A stretch of DNA of 64,000 bases from a virus. Its lineage: Duplodnaviria; Caudoviricetes. Positions 38,501 through 47,500 of the stretch are shown in pieces. Each line of letters begins with the position of its first letter. Positions within the stretch are counted from its first letter, which is position 1. A program made the translations under genes and the position numbers. The stretch spans positions 64,001 to 128,000 of IMG/VR virus record IMGVR_UViG_3300044551_000092; one strand, written 5' to 3'. Below the pieces are notes generated by a model. It was not told where the DNA came from. It saw only the letters and a program-made list of their open reading frames with translations, and made no database searches.

Positions 38501-41500
38501 TCCAACGTGACGGCTACGGGTGAAGAAAAATACAGCCATTCCTTTTTTCCGACAGCGGAAAACCCTCTTGGCTTTATCTCCTACTTAATCGGGACACGTG
38601 ATCCTTATTGGTATGAAAAGAAACACTATTTTGATCGGCCGTATCTCTTAACCGGTGATTTGTTTAATTCCAATACACCCTTTATCGGGGACATCGGCAA
38701 TATGACGATTGGTCAAGTCTTCAAACCAAGTCGTAAGATGCATGAAGACTATTGGGGGGATCCTGTACTAGTCCAAGAAGCAACTGATGAAGCAACGGAC
38801 CGTGATACAGAGAGGGGCGAGGGGTCGCTGGTGACTCGCGTTTCACCGTCCGGCCGCCGGGAAGAAGATGTTTTCAGTACACCTTCTGAATACGGCGCCC
38901 CGATGCAAGATTTTCCGCCGGCGGCTAAAGACAAAAAAGCGGCAAAAGATATTACCGACCGGGCCTATTATGTTGCGCAGATGAAGAATATTAGTACGGG
39001 TAAAGCTACGGGAGATGAGATCGTACGTGGCGTTGATTCCGGTCAAGTTGTCTTTATCCCGTCCCGTCAATCTGGGAATTATGCCTCTTATTCTCAGGCT
39101 TTTAAGGCGGCGGCAACAGCAGAGGCACAAAACCGAAAAATGAGGGAAAACCCACGTTCAAGAGAAATCAACAAGGATAAAATCATTTCAATGTATTATC
39201 CGGGACAAGAGCCAACCATGAAGCTCAAGCCTCGCGGTATCCATGATTTCGAATATCTTTATCAAAAAAGAGCGGATCATGATAAGCTGAGGCATCTTAA
39301 TGATCCTAATAATCTTAACTGGCGTCTGCAAAACTTGCAAAGTAATTGGTCAGAACCGGCCGGTATTTACAACTGGATTATCAATGATGAATTATTAAAA
39401 AACGATCCGTATCGCGATCAAAAAGTAATCGCAAAAGCTCATGACGCTTATGATTTCAACAGCCGTTTTTGGGATCAACAATATGGATCGCTCGGCGGAG
39501 AGCTTTCCGAAATAGGTCGTCGATTTATTCGTAAAGACAGCGGATTTATGGAGAAATATAACCCCATTCAAAATAGGATGCCTTCTTGGTTGCCCGGGTC
39601 GGATTATTTTCAAAATTTTCGAGAGGGAGACCCTTATACATTAATTCCGAATGGTGAATATCGTCTACCCGGGGAAGCGTATGAAAAACTTAATAAACTG
39701 CATCCAGACGAGACTGGACGATACGGAGCATTCGATAAATTTAAGATATTGGCTGATGTGGCTCCGTGGTCAAACGAGTATAACTTTTGGAAAGAGTACG
39801 TGAATGCTTTTACGACAGATAAAACATTAAGAAAACAATTTGCCGATATTAAACGGCAAGTATCTAAACGAAAAAAGAAATATGACTTTCAGCCCTATCA
39901 TTTTCGCAACACGGAACTGGAAAAACAACAAGTAACGGTTACGAAATTTCTTGACGACTATACTTTTCTCACCAAGGAGTTTGGCAATCAACCATTAAGA
40001 ATGGCTGGAATGGATGTCAGAGCAAAAGCTCCCGGAATTCTTCAGCAGTATTTCAAAACAGGCGATAAGATCACAATCGGTTTCAGTAAGGATCCAGTCT
40101 ATCAAAAAGCCAATGATACTTATGGGACGATGCATGTTGATGTCTTTGCGGGATTAAATAGTATTAACCAGCAAATTATCGCTCGCGGTCAAGCGAAAGA
40201 AAGTCCGAATGATTTCACACCGACGGGTGTCTGGGCTCGCTTCACACCTGAAGAAATTGCTCGCGGACACCGTTGGGAAAATGTCGCTCATTTTGAGTCA
40301 GCCTTAAATACAAAATTCCTTCACGTACGTTCCGCGGTAGAAGAATATGAGCGGGATCAGATTTATGGAAAAGACTGGTCTACATGGGAAAACTTTGGGA
40401 TCAGTGATTATTTAATACCAGCTGTCGAACGCATGATTGGAAATAGCAATCCATTAATGGCGACAATGAGCGGTGGACTAGTCGGTGGCTTTATTGGTCG
40501 TCTGTTTCTTGGCGGCGGCAAACGTACTAAAGCCGGATTAATTTTGGGGGCACTAACTGGTTTTGGTGCAAATATGTGGGGGAAATACTACGAGTATCGA
40601 ACCGGTAAGCGTTGGATCCCCAAACGTCGGCGGACTGAAAATGACATCAATGAATACTTTGATTTCTTAAAATACTTAAAATATCATGGACTTTATGAAG
40701 AAACCTCCCGTCGTGCGAAAAAGCAAGGTTATCATATTGACAAGATTTTGCAGAAGATCGATCAAAAGAAGCAAAGTACGAAAAAAGAACAACAAAAACT
40801 GATTGATGAAAAACGACGTCTATATATTCAGCAACCAAAGGATTTCGCTGAAAAAAGAAAAACAATTAACGCTAAGTTAAATAAGATCAGTGAAAATTGG
40901 AATATGGAACAATTACCGGATATTGTATCACAAACAATTTATTACAAAGATCAAATGGAAGCAACGTTATATGGGATGAACCCTAAAGGTGACTATTTGA
41001 ATTTAATGCGGGCACTTCCCTATAAAGATAAGTGGTTCTTTCAGGATTTTGCAAAAGCGGACTCAGAAGATCGAAAGAAAATCCTAAGTTTAATTCCCGA
41101 AAATGAGCGCCCCCTATATCTGAGTATTTGGGGGATGAAGCCTGATGAAAAGAAACCTGTTGCCTATTATCTCAAGAAATACAACATTCCTTCGGCAAAT
41201 TGGGCTGGATGGAGGCCAGATGTCAATCTGGAAGATGTTAAAGTCAAGGCAGTTAAAAATGCCGGACTTGATCTTAGTGATTTTAATTACTGGGATGATG
41301 ACTTGGCGGCTTCAAGATATGCGCCGGATATTAATTCACAAAATAACGTCTACAACCGTCCGGCGGCTTTTAAGGGTTATCATAACGTCGAACAGAATAT
41401 TCGAGAAATTATGGAGGGCTATAATCTGCGTAATGTACATGTAATCGCCAAACCCAGTCAAGGCGGGCTGACACAGGTAAATATTCAATATATGCAAGAT

Positions 41501-41554
41501 CGTAAAAAGGAAATTGAAAAAGAATTTAATTTAAATAGTCAAAATTACGTATAA
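35519..41554 (+). CDS. giant tape-measure/ejection-like protein (2011 aa) with a degenerate SNase-like domain
   Basis: Follows the chaperones; several Gly-rich hydrophobic segments; KFLDDYTF..LRMAGMD..DTYG..SINQQIIARG near 39930-40200. Confidence 0.55.
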   Translation: MDDLMEIVKPENYQDNQRSSKYYLYNEDERAEMPVYQKIALGAIAGAGLLAFGHRTGAVHKIARFLDRDIHISAKAWRSTINQESGLSKNLNWKRFDQTRQHFLNERKRLLAAYDKEKNPLNRREFDIQNYLNQRERLIGSEVNDEFTGEMAHVMNEDYRLRAIMQEIRQNEKISSAMADRIQVALGKGGVDDLRLRDDEHIRFLLNNQKINDHKIVDWVNASRHKYQNIDFLKNEELNPGGANFVRQMQEKMRDFTAHQLQYYNKKNGWIKSRIIGHKQATVGDILELHRRGVVNIDTHLRAQIHDALKYNKKFRDTVFDRNLYIKTRGGKPAGLMDYNAYHRIGQKTMEWWSHTLPGGLLHLRDFINSHEAREQAAFRIMKRESIQPMLNAQMGLANKNPLHQPVVFAMGRFVRLFDDGAVNHHTALNILNKKREMYLTSSRFGTLPKIVRSAAGLETKDKRRNLFTETFDLFNQGRDADSVEMLRMFTKYTDPTWERNVVRRVLSYGIKNNKEFYDIRKYFNRYTSGYTPRTLNRMKKIMPQYIQDYVEQNQLNFGDSEDLKKLFGYMGKHVSQKENPDFYRFHQEYLRNPNNILSYHRSLGNDNPIIGGNLKIQTGEDIIRQQVSREITRQIINRNAIKLGDKRASQVLFRKKLESMRLNDELLKGDLDKSIRAYNQYLFEEAGAEHFRHPQSSYKKINELFTGSENISRQFQKDMHQMYRQTNPIWEEYSPIKKPNPIGDDYLAVNRSFKTSDLLGRTKEFFTDIGDKAKQLALTTGRRNLEDVTTMSIFGGFYPAYRLQEALGAVGLGFSDESLGSPLSIWSSLMLKRILPIFGAVGLYGYADYKMQQDSGAGITERYENYKADRRTEAAQARYKLGQQDKLKHELQLKPGIDQFNEMPNVTLPIIGTRGPGDIFNTIASLVSRTPVTDYHNEDRMNVQETKEDLTSGVTPVRKGRWWAAGSRSAYVGDRIQQFKPNSYRLAHSDWEHSNVTATGEEKYSHSFFPTAENPLGFISYLIGTRDPYWYEKKHYFDRPYLLTGDLFNSNTPFIGDIGNMTIGQVFKPSRKMHEDYWGDPVLVQEATDEATDRDTERGEGSLVTRVSPSGRREEDVFSTPSEYGAPMQDFPPAAKDKKAAKDITDRAYYVAQMKNISTGKATGDEIVRGVDSGQVVFIPSRQSGNYASYSQAFKAAATAEAQNRKMRENPRSREINKDKIISMYYPGQEPTMKLKPRGIHDFEYLYQKRADHDKLRHLNDPNNLNWRLQNLQSNWSEPAGIYNWIINDELLKNDPYRDQKVIAKAHDAYDFNSRFWDQQYGSLGGELSEIGRRFIRKDSGFMEKYNPIQNRMPSWLPGSDYFQNFREGDPYTLIPNGEYRLPGEAYEKLNKLHPDETGRYGAFDKFKILADVAPWSNEYNFWKEYVNAFTTDKTLRKQFADIKRQVSKRKKKYDFQPYHFRNTELEKQQVTVTKFLDDYTFLTKEFGNQPLRMAGMDVRAKAPGILQQYFKTGDKITIGFSKDPVYQKANDTYGTMHVDVFAGLNSINQQIIARGQAKESPNDFTPTGVWARFTPEEIARGHRWENVAHFESALNTKFLHVRSAVEEYERDQIYGKDWSTWENFGISDYLIPAVERMIGNSNPLMATMSGGLVGGFIGRLFLGGGKRTKAGLILGALTGFGANMWGKYYEYRTGKRWIPKRRRTENDINEYFDFLKYLKYHGLYEETSRRAKKQGYHIDKILQKIDQKKQSTKKEQQKLIDEKRRLYIQQPKDFAEKRKTINAKLNKISENWNMEQLPDIVSQTIYYKDQMEATLYGMNPKGDYLNLMRALPYKDKWFFQDFAKADSEDRKKILSLIPENERPLYLSIWGMKPDEKKPVAYYLKKYNIPSANWAGWRPDVNLEDVKVKAVKNAGLDLSDFNYWDDDLAASRYAPDINSQNNVYNRPAAFKGYHNVEQNIREIMEGYNLRNVHVIAKPSQGGLTQVNIQYMQDRKKEIEKEFNLNSQNYV

Positions 41555-41569
41555 GGGGGCGCAGGATCA

Positions 41570-44500
41570 ATGGCTGAAGATAATCAATTCGAAATGAATC
41601 AATTGAGCCAAGAAATGGGTATTCCATTGGTGCGGCCCTCGGAGGGGCAATATCAGTGGGCGGCGTCCTTTCAACCTTTATATAAAACAAAAGCAACTAA
41701 CAATCAAGCTTATCAACAAAAGGTACAACGCATGGCACGTCTTATTTCCAATGAGAATGTGCAGAACTCGTTTAACGGGATGCCTATTTCGTTGAATGGA
41801 CACTATATCTATAAAAATCTTTCAACGCCCTACAACTACAATGCTCAGCAAAATATTAGAGATTTTCTAAAATTTAATCAGGCGGACAATTTTATGGCTT
41901 TTGATATAGAATCGATGGGCGATCCCGTAAATTTTGGTAAATTCGGTTTAACCGAAATCGCAGCGAATGAATTTACTCGGACAAATGGCGATATAAAATT
42001 GACACCGAATAGATTTTTCCGTCTGATTAATCCTGGTAAAGAAGTGCTCTATGATAGTGAAAGATTGATTCGCCAATTAGAAACAGATCCCTATGCGTTT
42101 CGTCGGATGAGCAATTATCAAAAAAGAAAACTAGTTGACTTGATGCGCTATTCGACTCTTCCTGAAAAAGGACAGGCGCCAGCGACATTTACTACAGAAA
42201 ACGATGTGGTTACCAACTTTAGACATAACTCCATTGCCTCAACATTTTTTGATAATGAGACTTTAAATGAAAATAAAGTAATTGCTGAAATGAATCGCGT
42301 GATTCCACATATGCGTTCTGGATTAAATATGCTTTCATCCAATCAGGCAATGAATTCTAAGAAAGCGTTGAGCCAATACAGTCAATTTGTCCGAAAGAAT
42401 CAAAATGTTTTTTTCCTTTCTCACAATGGAGCAAATTTTGATTTACCGGCCTTGCAAGCGGCCGCTCAAAAAGTCGGTGTAAGAATGGCACAACCCGCTA
42501 AACATCTTGATCTCTTGCAAACCATATCAACACTGTATCCAAATATTACGGATTTACATAGAGAACTTAATCCGAAATTTAACGGACGACTGCCAATGGG
42601 AGGTAGGAAGCTGCAGAGTCTGATTCAAACGCTTGGTTTGCAGGATACCGGTCTAGCCCATAGTGCAATGGACGATGAACAAGACATGGCAAGAGTGATG
42701 GCAAAGATTGGACCAGTCTTAAAAAATAAAATTGAAACCAGTAAAACGAAAATAAAAGAAGGATTTAATTATCATCCGACCGGTTTTTCATGGAATGACG
42801 AACCGTTGCGTGTGGGAGACCAACTTTTTGCGTCAGGTGGGGTAAAAGCATATTTGGATGGTGAATCTTCTTTTATGATGGAGGGGGACCGGCAGGGGCA
42901 TTACAAATTAAAGAATGATGGATTCAATACAACTTTTGTGAATGCCAAAACGTTTTATCAAGTGAAAGGCCTTCATGATTTATCTGATGAAAAGACAAGA
43001 CGTCTGGCACTGGAATTGTACGATAAAGAAAATGATCGAAAAGTTTTTATCAGTCGTGAGGGTGATCATGCATTCGACGAGATAGGTGCTTTTGTTCAAT
43101 CGCGTTTTTATAATTGGAGAGGCATCACACCGAATCAAAGACGGGAAATTGGACAAGCACATCTTCGTGATCAGGCTCGACGGCGTTATGAGAGCATGTT
43201 TAGCCTAGAGGGCGGTGGAACCGGTCTTACAAAAGGATTTGAAAGCGCAGAACGGCTATATGGAAATGCTGCGGTCTATGCCAAGCGTCTGGCCGGAAAG
43301 GAGAAAAATATCGAGCGCCGCGCCAGAGAACGGGCAAAAAAGAACGGAACAACCATAGCTGAAGAACGAAAAAAGCTGTTAACTCAGCGGATTACCCATG
43401 AAGAAATGTTACGGAGAATGGACTTTAACAGTCTACCGGTTAAGGATCCGACAACAGGCAAGCTGGCCACCGACGGCGCTGGTAATCTGATTAAAACGTT
43501 CAATCGCTCGGAACAGCAACAGTTCTTTAAAATGGCCCCCCGTCTTGTATCCGAGCTGCCGGTTTATGGTCCGGCAATTAATAAAATCAACCAGGTTTTT
43601 CAACCACAGATTGACCAGGCAGCAGGGGCTAAAGACTATAAGACTATTTTAAGACTTAAAAAGCAACGCGATGTTGCATGGAATCTCTATCATCAAAATG
43701 TCAAACAACAGCTAAAAAGTCAAGGACTGGATCACCTTGTCCCGACTGATCAAGTTGAACTGCCAGAATATGAGAATCGACGGATTCACTTTACTGATTA
43801 TGATAAGGGAATGAATACGCAGCGCTTACTGAATCTGGAAAGTGATCAATCCGCCCGGCAGTCGATTTACCGTTTTTTGAATCAAACCAAAAACACAGAA
43901 GAATCGGCAATACAGCACGCACGCAGGCAAAAAGAACGTCTCTATAAGATGGTCCGGTTTTTGGAAAGCGATAAGACGATCAAAGACGCTGGAGCCTACC
44001 GCTCAATTATTCAAAACACGGATTCAGTCAGTGACGCCGTCGATCAGTTTGTCTCTCGTCTGCGCAATAACGATGCGCTGCAAGAGACTACAAGGCAGCA
44101 GGTGTCACTAGCACGTAATGCTGCAGCGAGCCTTGTAAATCGTGATGCGCTTCGCATGAGGCTAAATAGCAGCATTCAGAAATCAAATCAGGTTTATGAT
44201 AATCTGTTTATTCCTCAACAGCCGGCCGGCACGCGGATTGCTTTCAATCGTGAAACAGAAGATCTATTTAAACGCCTTGATGAACGACATCCTGTAACTG
44301 GACTTGAACCGCATAACCGACAAGCAGTAGAAAGTTTGCTTGGCGATATTATGGAACGATATCCAAATATGCAAACGGCACTATCAATTGATCAGTCGAT
44401 CGGTAATGCCCGTATTTCGGTTTTTCGCCCTGAGGACAGTCGTAGTGTGACGGAACATCTAGCGGCTGGTACAAGCCATCCTAGAGCCTTAGAATTCGAG

Positions 44501-47500
44501 CTACCTTTGATAAATAGTCAAGGTACGCATGTAGTTGGTGGGAGGATTCTTAATGCACGGTCCTATCTTGATAAAACGTCTTCCGGCCAATTTCGCCTTT
44601 CCTCCTCATCAGAAATGATCGCCAATGCATATCGTCACAACTTGCCTAGTATCATGAAACGTTTACAGGACAACCAATTTGAAGAAGCCAATTATCGTTC
44701 GCGGCAAACACTAAATGACAGTATTAATGCTCTATCTGGTATCCAACGTACCGTTGACATAAATGAGAATGACAACGATGTTTTTCAGCATTCTCAGAAA
44801 GATATTACAAACCAGGCGCAAGTTGATGTACAGCGAGGAATGATTCGTGATTGGATTGATACTGGTAAACTAAATCCACGGGAGGACTTAGAATCCTCTG
44901 CATTCATCAACGGAAAGTTAAAACATAACTTGACCTTGAACGATGTGAAGTATAATCGGCAACAGGAATTGCTTCGAGAAATGGGCCGTTGGGCGAATGA
45001 AAATCGTGAACGCATCGGGGTGCCACTATATATCTCCGGCGTCAAAGACGTTCATGCAACCAGGGGAATTATGTCCCGCTTAGATGCTCGTGATTTTCAG
45101 CCATTCGGACATTTTGGGAATCAAGGCCGTCCTAATGCCATTCAGTTTACGAATGCTTTTCCCATCAATGAAGATGTACAAAAAAAACTGGATATGCAGA
45201 AATTCTATTATGCTTATGAAAGCAACGTAACGACGCCGACGGAAGATGCCATTAATGAGTTGTGGCGCAGTTTTCCAGAGAATGCGGGGAATTATAATAG
45301 CGTCAATTTGAAGTTTGGATTTATTGATAATCAGACGCTTTATAAACGGATGGAGGCGTTGCGTGAATCACATGCGGCTGATCTTCGAGAAATGGGAATA
45401 TTACAGGATGACGGTTCATGGAACCCGGCCACTTTTCCCCGAGTTTATGAGCAACAGGCGGCGATGGCCAACGAATTATTGGACAGTATGAGTTACACGG
45501 GGCATCAAATACTTAGCCATAATGAAGGATTTGAATTGGCAGAAGGACTAAGTGAAGGACAGATTGTAAAACCGGGCACCATTGTCGGCACAGAAATTCA
45601 GGAGGGGGTTCGAGTACCTGTTCGCTGGGAAAGGCCATATGAGGGGAGGCTGTCAATGCAAAATGGTCAGACTGCCGTCACTTATACTCGCCACCCCTAT
45701 AAATATATTCTCGAAGGAGAAAAGGTCACTCCATCGCCGGTTCCACAGAAACTGTTACAAATGATTACCGGAGACAAAGACATTGTCGGTCTTATTAATC
45801 CAAATATTCAAAAGCACCAGGATTTTAATTTGCTTTTATCCGGTCAATCACGGATCCTTGCGAATCATTTATCTGATCTTGAAAATCAAATTGATCAATC
45901 TCAAACTCAGCAGCAAGCAAAAAAATTATTGCAGCAAAAAAGGAATATCCTGCAAGCGATTAGGGAAAACAATATTCCACTGCAATGGGATGGCCAAGCA
46001 CGTCATTTCACAGACATATCAGCTTCAATGAGATCTGTAAATGGCGGTAAGTTAGAAATAAATAGCGATGCTTTGGATAAGGTTTTTGAGGCTGGTGGAA
46101 TAAGTCATGCTACAAAAGAAGGCATACAGTCGGGGATCTTAAAAACGATTATGTCTCACGTGGAAGACTATTCGAAAGCTGTTGATTATACGGGGCGACG
46201 GATCATCGGGCATGATGAGAACGGTCCGATTTATGGTAGTGAACGTGCGGGCTTTCGTGCCGGACATCGAGAGATGTGGTCGTTTAAACAGCAAGGGCTG
46301 AATCAAACTTATGATTTAGTGGCTCAAAACATGATTGATGAGGCAAAAGGCATGGATAGCTATGCCTTACACGCCCGTCCCAAACGTCGCTTAATATCCC
46401 GCTACGATGAGGCCCGCAATCTATTGAACACATTAAGTAATACGGTACATTCAACAGATTCCAGTATTTCGAAAACTGACGCACTTAGCATTGATAAATT
46501 TGAAAATTTACCGGTTGAGGAAAAAACACGCTTTGGTTATGCAGGAACCATTTTTGATCGTCAACGGATTCAGGAGTTCGGATTTTGGTTAAAGCTACCG
46601 ACAACCAAATTATCGAATGGACAAGAAATAAAACCGACAATAAATTTAAATGGTCCGGAAGCACCGCCTACTCCCGTCGATCGTATTTTTATGCCCTTTA
46701 CAAATCTTGAAGGAGCATCCGGCCAGATCCATCTGCGAAATTTACAACAACAGATGGCAGCAGTATATCGTCGAGCACAAGACGTAGAGAAGCAGACCAG
46801 CATTTCTGCCCGTCAAAAAGCGGGAGAAGGTCTGCAACGGTCCATCAATAATTATTTCGACAATATTATTTATCAGGCATCGGCTTCAAAAGGTTTAATT
46901 GGTGATACCTTAACAACTCGGTTGAGCAATACCTTCACGGGACGTACAAAAGTCATCGATCCTAGAATTTCTCGTCAGATGAATGGCGATTATGCGATGA
47001 TTTCTGAACAGCGAGCAAAAGACCTTGGAATTTATGACCGATTGAAAGCTGGACAAGCTGTTTATGGGATGCATACACGTTACCCGACATTTCATACTCA
47101 CGCATCGCAAATAGCAAAAATTAAAATGGACCCACATATCAACGATCAAAATATCCATCTAAATTCACTATTAGCCGATTTAACAGGAGCCGATAGCGAT
47201 GGAGATGTAGGCCATCTATGGGTTGCACGTGATGCAAAGGGGCATATCTATGATCATATTCAACATGAGTGGGCAAACCGCTATAAACAAGATCAAGAAT
47301 ACAGAGAACAACTTTGGCAACAACATCTTGCTGATTTTGAAAAAGAAAATCCACATGCATTAGATCAGCTTGCCGGAGATAAGATTGTTGCCAGCTCACC
47401 GAATAATGATGCTGAAGTCATGGCTCGCATCGGCAAACGTTATATCGGTGAAGCTTCCAATCTTGGGTTAGCCATGCGTGCCGCTTCTGAACAATATCTC

